Below are positions 39,448 to 53,080 of a stretch of DNA of 64,000 bases, piece by piece; position 1 is the stretch's first letter; each line of letters begins with the position of its first letter. The notes below the pieces were generated by a model. That model ran no database searches, was not told the origin of the DNA, and saw nothing but the letters and a program-made list of their open reading frames with translations. Position numbers and translations under genes: made by a program. The DNA is taken from the NCBI RefSeq assembly GCF_006345805.1, contig NC_043005.1:29140001-29204000 (forward strand), written 5' to 3'. Origin of the DNA: Octopus sinensis. Lineage: Eukaryota.

Positions 39448-39700
39448 ATGGCCATAAAGGCCTCAAATAATAGACTGGTCAACCGTTTGGCAGTTATCCC
39501 AACTGCCAAACGAGTTGAAAAAACGAATTCAAAAGACTTTCATATCTACAGGATAGGCCGGAAGGATTACGGGCGGATTAAGTCCGAATTTTTCCACGAC
39601 GTAGGCCCTCTAAGAATGGATTTTTCTCCATATATTTACGAGGGCTTACGTCCAAATACGTCACGAGCTCGGGAAAAAGAAAAAATTCTCGTATTATATA
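39448..39700 (+). pseudogene. Probable frameshifted continuation of ORF1, truncated at (TA)n
   Basis: Lies in the -1 frame, open from at least ~39352 (EGWSKFSKKKKNK...TYMAIK), with the same purine-rich composition as ORF1. Confidence 0.45.
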
Positions 39701-40042
39701 CATTATATATATATATATATATAATATACACACTGCCGATCTTTATATTGACCAGTCTCCGAGTATAACTTCCACGCTTGCACGCAAGCCGGTTTACTGC
39801 ACTTTAGTTGCTTGTTGATGTTCGAAAAGGAAACTTTTTGCTGTAATATACGATTTTTGCTTTCGTGACTGGACTAAGGCTACGTTGTTTTCCCATTATT
39901 AATAAATTGTATAATAACATTAAATTATAACTTTATATGGTGCATTTAGGCTCGTTGTGTGACCACCCATTTTGGCCAAAAAAATTGCATACATATTACA
40001 TGGTCTTAAACTAATTTTGCCGGTAAATTTGAAACGTTTATA

Positions 40043-40210
40043 TTACGTTCTGAGTTCAAATTCCGCCGAAGTCGACTTTGCCTTTCATCCTTTCGGGGTC
40101 GATAAATTAAGTACCAGTTACGCACTGGGGTCGATGTAATCGACTTAATCCGTTTGTCTGTCCTTGTTTGTCCCCTCTATGTTTAGCCCCTTGTGGGCAG
40201 TAAAGAAATA
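40043..40210 (+). mobile_element. 5'-truncated SINE A, tail B, with apparent TSD tatatta
   Basis: ttTATATTAcgttctgag ... gtaaagaaataTATATTAat. Confidence 0.8.
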
Positions 40211-40395
40211 TATATTAATTTAGCATTAGAATTCGTCAAGTTGTATAAAAATTGTTTGCATCATTCGAAAGAGAAATAAATTTTGCATAAGGTGTAAAAG
40301 ATATAAATAATTTGTATGGTGTAAGTAACAAAATATTTTGTAAGAAATAGAACTTTTATCGTCGGTCTTAATTATATTTTCGCCGGTGTATATAT

Positions 40396-41350
40396 CTCAG
40401 GTCATCCCATAAGTTCTGTCCGAATTTTGGATAAAGAATCCAAGTGATCAATATTATATTTAATTGAAAGTTAATCATCAATGTACTTTCCCTGATTATC
40501 TATGACTTACTTCCATCTATTTACAAGCTTTTTAATCCCATCAATGTAAAACTCTTTTGGTTTCAAAGCGAAGAACTCTGAATTGTCAGGTTCGACCTCC
40601 TCCTGGCTTGCGAAAGTTGTGTCCCCCTAATAATTCTGTAAACTATGAAACAAATGGTATCCTGAAGGAGTAAGGTCGGGAGAATAAGTTGGATGAAGAA
40701 TTTTTTCCAAACCAACCTCTTCGATCTTCTGTGATGTGATCTTTGCAGTGTAGGGTTGCGCATTGTCCTGATGAAACATCACTCGTTTTCAACTCACTAA
40801 AGCGGCTCTTTTTTCCCTGAAAGCTTGGTTCAAACGCTCTAATTGCTGACAGTAGACTTGAGCATTGATTGTTGCATTAGGTGGTAATAATATATAGTGA
40901 ATTACGCCTTTGCAATCCCACCAGATAGAGTAGAACCTTTTCCCCATGAAGTTCTCTTCTCGGTTGTGGTTGAGCATTTTCCCTTTTACCAAGCCACTGT
41001 TTACAACGTTTAACATTTCGATAGAAAATCCATTTTTCGTCACAAGTCTATCGAAAAAGGGTGAAATGAGTTTGCGAGAATGGAGAGAAGAGCAGATGTC
41101 CACGTTGTTGAAGATGACGATGAACTGTTGTATGGTTTGAAGTAAGTTTTATTGCCAATTCTTCAACTGATAATGACGGATTTTCTTCAAGTAATGCCTC
41201 AAGGAGCTTATCATCAAACTCAACTGGACATCCTATTCGATCTTCATCTTCAATTTTGCAAACGATCTCCTGCAAGTTCTTTCATTCAAGCACTTTCCCA
41301 TAAACTGAGTGTATGTTTCGAGTCACTTCGGTTGCAGAGTTACCTTTATT
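40396..41350 (-). mobile_element. Mariner remnant with one TIR
   Basis: GCPVEFDDKLL..LLEENP, IWWDCKGVIHY.LL..NATINAQVYCQQL, HQDNAQPY..HPTYSPDLTPS. TIR-like tcaggtcatcccataagttctgtccga. Confidence 0.9.
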
Positions 41351-41361
41351 GTACTCCTCAC

Positions 41362-42145
41362 CATCATCGTCGTTGTCGCCGTCGTTTAACGTCTGCTTTC
41401 CATGATGGCATGGGTTGGGGTTGGATGGTTTGACTGAGGACTGGCAAGCCAGAAGCCTGCACCAGGCTCCAATCTGATCTGGCAAAGTTTTTATAGCTCA
41501 ACGCCCTTCCTAATGTCAACCACTCCGTGAGTGTAGTGGGTGCTTTTACATGACACTGGTATGAGGGCCAGTTAGGCAGTACTGGCATCAGCCATGCTCA
41601 AATGGTGCTTTTTACATGCCACCTGCACAGGAGCCAGTCCAGCAGCACTGGTAATGACCATGCTTGAATGGTGCCTTTTTACATGCCAACGGCATGGGAG
41701 CCAGTCAACAGTCCTGGCAATGATCATGCTCGAATGGTGCTTTCAACGTTCCACAAGCACGGGTGCCAATCAGGCGGTATTGTCATTGGCAGTGATTTCA
41801 CTTGCTTCAACAGGTCTTTGCAAGCATAGTTTCGTGTCCAATGAGTGAAGGGTACTCTTAAATGGGCAAGTTATACAACACTGGCATAGGCCATGGTTAT
41901 GGTCTCACTTAGCTTGCCAAGTTTTCTCAAGCACAGTATATTTCCAAAGGTCTTGGTCACTTGTCATTGCCTCGGTGATGTCCAATGTTCGAAGGTTGTG
42001 CTTCACCACCTCATCACTGGTCTTTCTGGGTCTACCTCTTCTACAGGTTCCCTCAACTGCTAGGGTTGACACTTTTTCACACAGATGTCCTCATCCAGTC
42101 ACAAAACATGACCATACCAGCACAGTTGTCTCTCTTGCACACCAC
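41362..42145 (-). mobile_element. RTE family 1 3' end (RT C-terminus plus UTR)
   Basis: Reverse complement of the 44090-44912 region. Confidence 0.85.
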
Positions 42146-42230
<85 letters not shown>

Positions 42231-42499
42231 ATGTATGCATATATGTATATAAATGGAGGTCTCTCAGGTGTTTTGCACCTAATACACCTGTCTTCGTCTT
42301 TTGTTATTTTGTAAATTTCAACAAAATCATACCTACAGGCATGCACATACCTACACATATACACACATACCTCCTTCTCTTGCACTCTCCTGTCTTGGAA
42401 AGAACTTTTTCTTCACTCATTCCCTTCTGGTCATTTCAATATGTGACCTCATGTGTATTGTTGGCGATTTTCTTTCTCTGTCTTCTTTGGACTTTTTCT

Positions 42500-42537
42500 A
42501 TATTTCTGATGAAGAGCTCCACTCAAAACATGAAATC
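42500..42537 (+). ncRNA. Decayed hammerhead motif
   Basis: attt-CTGATGA-a-gagctccactc-AAAA-catgaaat. GAAA to AAAA and acgt to acat are consistent with CpG decay. Confidence 0.45.
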
Positions 42538-42647
42538 CTCTTTCTTTTCTTTCCTTTCCTGAAAGTCCAATAACACAGTATTTGTTCCACATCCCCGCAT
42601 TGTTGCTTTTTCTTGCTTGCTCTTGTTTGGATTGACTATATATATAG

Positions 42648-44912
42648 GGACCAGTTATTGAATTGATAGTACCTTGGTAGATAAAGCAATTAAGAGTATG
42701 AAGATAGGGAAAGCCCCAGGCCCATCAAGAATCACCACAGAGATGCTCAAAATATCTGGCGGTGTTGGCTATAACCTAGTCACCTGTATAGTTAACCAGG
42801 TGATACATAAAGGAGTCATACCCTATGACTGGTGTAGCAGTACCATAGTCAACTGCTACGAAGGTAAAGGTGACGCTTTAGATACAAATAATTACAGAGG
42901 TATCAAGTTGTTGGATCAGGTAATGAAGGTCACGGACAGGGTCATAGCCCAACTAATTAGGGAGAGAGTCAGTTCAGATGAGATGCAGTTTGGTTTCATG
43001 CCAAGGAAAAGCACCACTTATGTTGTATTTCTGGTAAGACAGCTGCAGGAGAAATACCTAACCAAAGATAAACCTCTGTACCAGGCTTTTGGTGACATAG
43101 AGAAAGCCTTTGACAGGGCCCCCAGATGCCTTATCAGGTGGTCAATGGGGAAACTAGGGATTGATGAATGGTTAGTGAGAGCTGTGAAAGCCATGTACAG
43201 GGATGCTGTCAGTAAGGTGAGGGTTGTCAATGAGTACAGTGAAGAATTCCAGGTAGAGGTAGGGGACCACCAAGGTTCAGTCCTCAGCCCTCTCTTATTT
43301 ATCATAGTCCTCCAGGCTATATGGAGGAATTCAAGACAGGATGCCCCTGGGAGCTTCTCTATGCTGATGATCTTACTCTAATTGCTGAGTCACTATCAGA
43401 ACTAGAGGAGAAGTTTCAAGTGTGGAAACAAGGATTAGAATCGAAGGGCCTTAGAATCAACCTAGCTAAAACCAAAGTCCTAATATGTAGAAAGGCAGGC
43501 AAACCACAAAACCCTTCAGGTAGATTGCCCTGCTCGATCTGTAGAAAAGGCGTAGGTAGAAACTCTATAAGATGTACCCAGGGTAAGCTATGGACACATA
43601 AGAGGTGCAGCAATATCAAAGGAAGGCTAACTGGGAAGATAGTTTTTGTATGTGGCAGATGCTCAGGAGCAATAAACACTGAAAACGTGCAGAGAACAAC
43701 TTCTGCCACATTCCAGGGAGAAAAACTAGAAGTAGTTGATAGCTTCCGTTACCTAGGTGACCAAGTCAGTAGCGGGGGAGGGTGCACTGAAAGTGTAGCT
43801 GCAATAATAAGAATAGCCTGGGCAAAGTTCAGAGAGCTCTTACCTTTGCTGGTTACAAAGGGCTTCTCGCTCAGAGTAAAAGGTAGACTGTATGACGCAT
43901 GTGTATGAATAGCCATGCTACATGGTAGTGAAACATGGGCTGTGACTGCTGAGGACATGTGTAAACTCACAAGGAATGAAGCCAGCATGCTTCGCTGGAT
44001 GTGTAATGTCAATGTGCATACTTGACAGAGTGTAAGTACCTTGAGAGAAAAATTGGACCTAAGAAGCAACAGATGTGGTGTATAAGAGAGACGACTGTGC
44101 TGGTGTGGTCATGTGGTGAGAATAGATGAAGATAGCTATGTGAAAAAGTACCACACCCTAGCAGTTGAGGGAACCTGTGGAAGAGGTAGACCCAGAAAGA
44201 CCTAGGATGAAGTGTTGAAGCACGACCTTCGAATATTAGGCCTCACCGAGGCAATGATTAGTGATTGAGACCTTTGGAAATATGCTGTGCTTGAGAAGAC
44301 CCAGCAAGCCAAGTGGAACCATAACCCATAGCTTATGCTAGGGGTGTAACCAGCCCACTTATGTGTACCTTTCCTTCATTGGACACTAAACTCTGCTTGC
44401 GAAGACCTGTTGAGGCAAGTGAAATCAAAATCGAAATCAAATTCAATGACTAGCATCCGTACTAGTGGAGTGCTAGAGCACAATCCAAGCATGATCATTG
44501 CGAGAGCAGTTGACTGGCTTCCATGCTGGTGGCATGTAAAAAGCAGCATTCGAGCATGCTCGTTACCATCATTACCTAACTGGCACTTGTGCTGGTGGTA
44601 CGTGAAAAACAACATCAAAGCGAGGTCACTGCCAGTGCCGCTGGACTGGCTCCTGTGCAGGTGGCATGTAAAAAACCGCATTTGAGCATGGCCGTTGCCA
44701 GTACTGCCTGACTGGCCCTCGTGCAGGTGGTATGTAAAAGTACCCACTACACTCTCAGAGTGGTTGGCGTTAGGAAGGGCATCAAGCTTTAGAAACTCTG
44801 CCAGATCAGATTGGAGCTTGATGCAGCCATCTGGTTCACTAGTGCTCAGTCAAATCGTCCAATCCATGCCAGCATGGAAAGCAGACGTTGAACGATGATG
44901 ATGATGACGATG
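42648..44912 (+). mobile_element. RTE-clade LINE (family 1): RT pseudogene, minisatellite-bearing 3' UTR, (GAT)n tail
   Basis: KAPGPS, NYRGIKLL, QFGFMP, KAFD, GDHQGSVLSPLLF, LLYADDL, Cys-rich PHD-like segment (CSIC...C..WTHKRC...CGRC), FRYLG. Frameshifted. Confidence 0.95.
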
Positions 44913-45603
44913 ATATATGGTTATGGGGGAGCCTAAAGTTATTAGTGAAAGACAGCTGTGGACATTCATCTATGACTGCCTGCAAATATGTTTGTGTATG
45001 TATGTCTGTTAATGTTTAATATTCCAAGGCCATTATTGTTGTCTCAATTTGATCTGTTGCAACATTCTGTTCTCATTTTTACTCTTTTCCAACAAGTTGT
45101 TGTGCACCTGAATATCATATAATAAGTTCATTATCATTAAGAAATCATTATCATGTAAACAAAAAAACAAAAAAAAAAAACAAAAACAAAAGAAAATCCT
45201 TATTATTATTATTATTAAAGGTTCAAACTGACAAAATTGTGGATGGTACCTCTCTAAGTGTAGAGCTGTGAGTCAGAGAGAAGGAATTGGAGAGGGCACC
45301 TGCTTAGAGAATTTCAGGGAAATCTCAGACAGTGGGCTTCCTTGATTATCCCGAGAGGCGTTCCTGTATCAGGAAGGCCACATCTCTATCATCACCCCCA
45401 CTTTTTTTCTACTCCTGTATGCTATGCATGTCTTCTCTTTCCCAATGTATATCATGTATACTTTTTTCTTTTTTTTATTTATCATTTCATTTTTATATCT
45501 TTTTTATGTCTGTCTCTGTATTGTCCCCCTTATCTTTTGCTCTTGTGGCAAATAAATGAAATCGTCATCATCATCATCATCATTATTATTATTATTATTA
45601 TTA

Positions 45604-45650
<47 letters not shown>

Positions 45651-45660
45651 TATTATTATT

Positions 45661-46060
45661 AAGGTGGTGAACTGACAGAATTGTTGGCAAGCTGGACAAA
45701 ATGCTTAGCGGTATTTCGTCTGCCGCTACGTTCTGAGTTCAAATTCTTTACCTTTCATCCTTTACTTTTCATCCTTTCAGGGTCGATTAAATAAGTACCA
45801 GTTACGCACTGGGGTCAATATAATCGACTTAATACGTTTGTCTGTTCTTGTTTGTCCTCTCTGTGTTTAGCCCCTTGTGGGTAGTAAAGAAATAGGTATT
45901 TCGTCTGCCACTATGTTCTGAGTTCCAATTCCGCCAAGGTAGACTATGTCTTTCATCCTTTCAGGGTTCAAGAAAATAAATACCAGTTGGACACTGGGGT
46001 CGATGTAATCGACCCATCCACACCTCCCGCAAGCTGCCCTTGTGGCAAAAATTTGAAATT
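45661..46060 (+). mobile_element. SINE A dimer (head-body-tailB-body-tail)
   Basis: Junction gtaaagaaata|ggtatttcgtctg at ~45895. Confidence 0.8.
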
Positions 46061-46099
46061 ATCATCATCACCACCACCACCACCACCATCATTATTGTT

Positions 46100-46580
46100 T
46101 CCTCTATGCACAACAGATTAGACTTTTGTTACAGAAAAATCCCTAATATCAGGTTAACCTTAGTTGCCAAGAACCCTCCTAAGTATCCTAGCTGTCCCTA
46201 ATAACACTGTTTTCTGCAGCTGTACTGAACTGGGTTTTATGCCTATTTCCTCTATCCATCTGATTGGATCTTTATGGATAATTCCCAATGCACCTGGGAT
46301 ACTACTGGGATACATTTTACCTGCACTTTCCATAGTCTCTTTAATTCAATAGCTAGGTCCTAATACTTTGCTATTTTGTCTGTATCTCTCATATTGATTT
46401 TTTTTCATCATTTGCAACTATAAAGTCTATTATCTAGAACTTTCTATTCTCTTCATCTACTAAATCAGGTCTTCTGGCTTTTATTACTCTGTCTGTCTGA
46501 ATGGTAAAATCCGACAACATCTTATATTTCTTACTGTCTAGTACTGTACCAGGTTCATGTTCATACCATTTATCATTTAT
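46100..46580 (-). mobile_element. R4/Dong-like (restriction-like endonuclease) LINE 3' fossil
   Basis: Minus translation KWYEHEPGTVL..KMLSDFTIQTDRVIKARRPDLV ... LQKTVLLGTARILRRVLGN*. Confidence 0.8.
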
Positions 46581-46819
46581 AATTATTAAGCTGTTAGGGA
46601 GTGGGTAAAGATGGCCATAGAATGCACCCCATATAAACTATGAGAGTACAACGGACGTAGAGGGATCAAAGTCTGGCTAACAGAGGAGGAGGACATTGTA
46701 TGTAGTAGATGCACAGCAAGAATTCAGAGTATGAGCACCCATAGGATAAATTCTTTCTGTTGGCTGAAGATTTCCCAAGAAGTTGTTGATGGTTTCTGAT
46801 AGCCAGGGTGATGGCACTA

Positions 46820-47448
46820 GCTATTCAGGCATTATCTCTAAAATTGTCAAGAAGGCCGAGGGTGTCTTGGCATCACTCAGCAAGACTTTTGTTAGCCGCT
46901 CTCCAGCCATCTATTTAAAACTGTATACAGCTATGGTACGACCACACTTGGAATTCGCATCATCAGTTTGGAATCCCTATCTTGCTCAGAACATTGACCT
47001 CCTGGAATCTGTCCAGAGACGTGCAACCAAACGCATACCCTCCATCAGACACCTACCATATTCTGAGCGCCTTGTTTCCCTGGGCATGGATTCATGAAGC
47101 TCCGGCGTCTAGCGACGGACTTGGTAAACACCCACAAGGTTATCAACCACCTCACAACAACAAAACACTGTCCACCTTTTTGATCTCCATGTGTCTAACA
47201 CACGTGGACATGCCTACAAAGTCAGAAAACAGCACAGCTCCATGACTTTCGGAAACATTTTTTCACGCTCAGGGTTGCTGAAGCGTGGAATAAACTGCCT
47301 GCATCAGTGTTGACTGCCATGACACTGCATCCTTTAAGGCCTCATGCTTCCGAAATCCGTCGAAACTACACCTGATTATATATACATTAGATGAGTTGTA
47401 GTGCACCTGAGCACTGTACACAATTATTATTATTATTATTATTATTAT
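46820..47448 (+). mobile_element. CR1-clade LINE 3' end
   Basis: LYTAMVRPHLEFASSVWNPY..IDLLESVQRRATK, TRGH, RVAEAWNKLP, followed by an (ATT)n tail. Confidence 0.9.
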
Positions 47449-49366
47449 CCTAAAAATGACAGGGTGTGATTTGCAGGATTTGGTTGCTACTTCTAGCATG
47501 TGGCCTTTCTCATTTATGTACTTATGTGAATGCCTGTATGTGTATTTGTTTGGGTGCATGAGTACATGTGTGTGTGTGAATGAAAGCTATAAATCTATCT
47601 AAAAGAGACAGGACCAGGAAGTGAGCTGTTATTGCTGTTGTTTAGCCCTGTCTCCAGGTGGTCCCAGCCACTTAAGTTAGCCCTGACTGAAGAGAAGCTT
47701 GAAACAGGCGTTACAATCATTACCATCTCATTTATTTAGGGATCTCTAGGGTTATAATATTCAATAAATCCTTTCTCTTTTCCCAAGATTACTATTTTTG
47801 TGTGAATTGAGATAGCTTTAGCTGTTATTTCTAGCAGCTTAAACGTTCACCTAGAGAGTCTCTCATGAGAGACTGCTTGCTTTGCATCATTGTCCATATA
47901 AACCTAAATTCACACTTTACTTAGAAAACAGAACCATGAATTCTATATTCAACTCTGGTTTGACTCATTAAGGTTTTGCAATTAAGCAGTCGTTTATAGA
48001 TTCTAAATGAAATTGTTTATACCTTCATTAAATGATCCAATTGAATTTGCTTGAGGGTTGTGTGGAGAGGGTGATTAAAGTTTACTTGATTTAAATAAAC
48101 ATGACTCTCATCTGTTTTTAGTCAATATTCTTCAGTATTCTGTTAGTGTCTCAAAGAGAACACTGTCTTGTATGAATACATTTCAATAATTCAGTTTCCA
48201 TACAAACACGTAATTCTTCAATAAATGATATCATGGTGCCACCTTTGTTCCTCTCTTCTATTTAAAGTGTTGTTCATTGGAGAACATTAATGAAGAATTA
48301 CAGCCAAACTCGTATTCCTTTGAATGAAAGTATTTCAAAGTTTCTAAGACCCTTTTATCTGCTTTAAAATCTTCTACCTCTGATCTTTATCAATGGACTT
48401 TCTTGCTTAGAAACTCAATATGGATTAACTAAATCTATCACAATGATGCTGTTCACCTAAATATAATAATATGTGATTAGTTTCTTAGTGACAAAATATG
48501 AGGGACATAGTAAAAGAGAAACGTGATGTTGTGATGTTCATACCTAACTCAGTCATCCACCGTTGGTTAACGTTATTCAATGGTGACGTATTTTGTTTGT
48601 TAAATATTATTCAAAAGAAAGCATGGAACTTAACCATGAAGAGCCCAGTCTATCTAGCTGTATGTAGGTACCACAGTGTGTTATACTTCACAACATTGTG
48701 TCCTTGGTCAAGATACTTAACTACGAATAACACAGTCAAATTAGCAATAAATAGGTACTACAGTGTGGCAGAGTTCAGTGTAATGTGTCCTTGGATAAGA
48801 TTCTTAACTGCTGAAAGTCCAGTTTACCATTGTGGGCCTCATTCCTTGATGTGTTCCCTTCTGTTGGTTGGTGGTGAGTTATCTTCAGCATACAAACGCA
48901 TAAGCTTATAGAAGAAAACCTACTTGGGTTTAATCTGGTTAAGTAAACCTATGGTCAAAGGTGTTCCAACTGTGATAGTTTTGTAATTTATTTCAGACAG
49001 TAACATTGATTTGAAATTGATTTGGCTGCTGTTTCTAGCAGGCTCTGTAACTATGTTCAGGCTCCCTTAACCGAGCCAGGATTTGGACTTGAGAAATAGG
49101 ATCAGCCATGAAGAAAGATGAAGTGATGGTTGGATTAAGGCATTTCTGTATTAGAGGCCTGCGTTGTCTTGATGGACTGTTGCTGTTGTTGCTGTTGTTG
49201 TTGTTGATGGCTGTGATGATAGTGGTTAGGATGATGATGATGAGGGTGATGAGGGTGATGGTGATGATGATGATGACTGTGATGATGATGGTGATGATGA
49301 CGATGGTGATGATGATGATGGTGATGATGACAATGGTGATGATGATGATGGTGATGATGAGGGTGG

Positions 49367-49401
<35 letters not shown>

Positions 49402-50050
49402 CTGCTGATGATGAGGATTGTAGTATTGGCATTAGTAGTGTTGGCAGTAGTAGTGGTGATTGAGGTAGTGCTTATGATGCTGGTGTTTGTAGTGATGGTC
49501 ATGGTGGTAGTGATAAGGATGATGATGATGATGATGATGATGAGGCGGCGGCGGTAGTAATGATGTTACCGATTGTGGTTTTAGTGGCAAATGATACTGG
49601 TAGTTGTTATGATTATGACAGTGATGATGATGATGATGGCAGTGGAATCAGTAATGGCGATGGGGGGGGGTAGGGGGAATTGAACCACTGATGATGATGA
49701 CAATGATGATGATGATGATGGTGATAGTGGTGTTGGTGTTTGCAGTGATGCTGATGGTGGTGATGGAGATGGTGGTAATCATAACGGTGAAGTGAAAAAT
49801 ACAATTTCCCAACTGATAATTAATATAATTTGAGAAAGCATCATCAGCGAACCAATAAAGATGTTAATCTGACGAGAGAGAAAAAAATCCGATTTAATTA
49901 TTTTGTCGTCCAAATTAGTGTCTTCATTGAGAGATCAACAAGATTAACATTTAAACTAGATTAACACTTATTCTTTTGCACACAGACCCACACATAAAAC
50001 TATACATACACATATATGTGTGAGTATATACACATATCAAACACACTCAC

Positions 50051-50083
<33 letters not shown>

Positions 50084-50096
50084 CATATATACATGC

Positions 50097-50132
<36 letters not shown>

Positions 50133-50205
50133 TATATGTTCATATGTATATACATATCTATATACATACATGCATACTATATATATATATATATGATATA
50201 TATAT

Positions 50206-50256
<51 letters not shown>

Positions 50257-50522
50257 GTTCATATGCATATACATATATATGTACACACACACATACACCA
50301 CACACACCACACACATACACAGGTATATACTATACATATCGCACAGATACACAACCCAACCAGCATGGAAAGCAGGTGGTAAAATGATGAAATGATGCTG
50401 ATGATTATAATGGTATATGCATGCGCACACATATGTACATATACATATACACACACAAAAAGATAAATGCAGACATTGACTTAGTTACACATGCACCTTT
50501 ATATTTTTAAATACATACACGC

Positions 50523-50626
<104 letters not shown>

Positions 50627-50884
50627 TATATATATATATATATACCACACACCACACACACACATACATACATGCATATACACATATATGCCAACTCATA
50701 TACACACATGCATATATAAAAATATGTATTCAGAGACACATAAACATGTCAATAATTGACTGTGTATGTATAAATGTGTGTGTGTGTGTATATGTATATA
50801 TACATTTATATATATATGTATATATATATGGGTGTGTATATATGTATACATACATTTATATATATACATATACTTTTATCTTTT

Positions 50885-51169
50885 CTTTCATTCTTTTACT
50901 TGTTTCAGTCATCTGACTGTGGCCATGCTGGAGCACCACCTTTAGTCAAACAAATCAACCCCAGGACTTATTTTTTGTAAGCCTAGTTCTTATTCTATCA
51001 GCCGTTTTTGCTGAACCACTAAGTTACGAGGGTCATAAACACACCAGGATTGGTTGTCAAGTGATGGTGGGGGGACAAACACAGACACACAAACATGTAC
51101 ACACACGCACACACACATACATACATACATTCATACATACATACATATATACATACATACATACATACA

Positions 51170-51204
<35 letters not shown>

Positions 51205-51333
51205 GATGAGCTTCTTTCAGTGTCCATCTACCAAATCCACTCACAAGGGTTTGGTTGGCCCAAGGCTACAGTAGAAGACACTTGCCAATGATGCCATGCT
51301 GTGGGACTGAACCCGGCACCATGTGGTTGGTAA
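50885..51333 (-). mobile_element. SINE family B
   Basis: Near-complete copy with internal (CATA)n. Confidence 0.85.
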
Positions 51334-51791
51334 ACAAATGAGAATTTACAAAAAAGGACGAAGACAGGTGTGTAAACAACAGACAGATGTATGAGTTTAA
51401 CACTCGGGAATAGACATATGTATGTATGTGTGCATGTGTGTGTGTATGCGTGTGTATATATATATGTATGTGTGCATGTATGTATGTATGTATATATATA
51501 TATATATATATATGTGTGCGTGTATATATATGTATATATATGTGTTCATTTATATATATATATATATATATAATAATATATGAACACATATATATACATA
51601 TATATACACGCACACATATATATATATATGTATTTTATATTTTATATTTCTATTTCCATGTCTAGTTATATTTACAATATATTATGTATAATGTCTTTGC
51701 TGTTATGTAATGGTGTAATAAAGTATTGATTGGGTATTATCTGATGGTTGATGATTGATTGATTTAAGTATGTTTCTCCGTTTTCTCATTT

Positions 51792-51830
<39 letters not shown>

Positions 51831-51972
51831 CTATGTACAAAATTCAAACAAGTTATCATTATCTTTAAAAAAATAACAATAAATGTGTGTGTATACACAC
51901 ACACATACACACACACACGCGCACACACACACACACACACCACACACACACACACACACATATCTATATATC

Positions 51973-52196
51973 CAGTAATCCCTCAATTATCACGGGTGTT
52001 ACATTCAAAAACCCCCTGTGATGGGGGAAAATCCACGAAGTAGAAACAGTAACGCACTGTATATTTTCTTTTTATTACTTTTATAATTTGTATATATTTA
52101 TTTTATTATAAAGGAAAAACAACACCAAGGAGGAATCGTCATAAGCTTAAATAATAAACCATGATGGGTGAACCGCGATATGGCGAGAGATTTCTT
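51973..52196. mobile_element. Tigger/pogo-like MITE
   Basis: Imperfect TIRs cagtaatccctcaattatcacgg and ccgcgatatggcgagagatttctt, in a TA context. Confidence 0.6.
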
Positions 52197-52229
52197 TATA
52201 TAAATGTTATATATACATACATGCATGTG

Positions 52230-52369
52230 TGTGTGTGTGTGTAGTGCGTATATGTGACCTATGTCATGTGTTCACATGTGTATAGAGGTATACTTGTATG
52301 TGTATAGAAGTAACTGGTTATATGCATGTGTATATGTATATATGTATGTATATATGTCTGTAAATTATG

Positions 52370-52414
<45 letters not shown>

Positions 52415-52502
52415 TATAATATATATATATACACATGTATGTGTATAGAAGTAACTGATTATATGCATGTGTATATGTATATATGTATGTATATGTGTGT
52501 GA

Positions 52503-52534
<32 letters not shown>

Positions 52535-52671
52535 ATATCTATATATTATATATATATATATAGATATATATATAATATATATATATATATATACATGTAT
52601 GTGTATAGAAGTTACTGATTATATGCATGTGTATATGTATATCTGTATGTATATAGGTCTGTGAATATATG

Positions 52672-52702
<31 letters not shown>

Positions 52703-52797
52703 GTATGTGTATAGAAGTAACTGATTATATGCATGTGTATATGTATATGTATGTATATATGTCTGTGAATATATGTAATATATATATACATATATGC

Positions 52798-52843
<46 letters not shown>

Positions 52844-52844
52844 T

Positions 52845-52898
<54 letters not shown>

Positions 52899-52928
52899 AT
52901 ATATATATATATAGATCTATATATATAT

Positions 52929-52960
<32 letters not shown>

Positions 52961-53080
52961 TATATTCACAGACATAATACATACATTATACATATACACA
53001 GCATATAATCAGTTACTTCTATACACATGTGAACACATGACATAGGTCATCACATATACACACTACACACACACACACTT
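52230..53080. repeat. Fold-back structure enclosing four ~110-160 bp tandem units
   Basis: gacctatgtcatgtgttcacatgtgtataga (52256) is the reverse complement of tctatacacatgtgaacacatgacataggtc (~53018). The unit tgtgtatagaagtaactgattatatgc occurs four times. Confidence 0.85.

Noticed and set aside
39730-40388. Tc1-like MITE bounded by cactgccga and tcgccggtg
   Set aside because: TIR similarity is too short and weak to support.
47686-47712. CTGAAGA...GAAAC motif
   Set aside because: No credible stem I or II. It is a diverged copy of the ctgatcaagcaga..atcaaagg repeat seen at 7520 and 48935.
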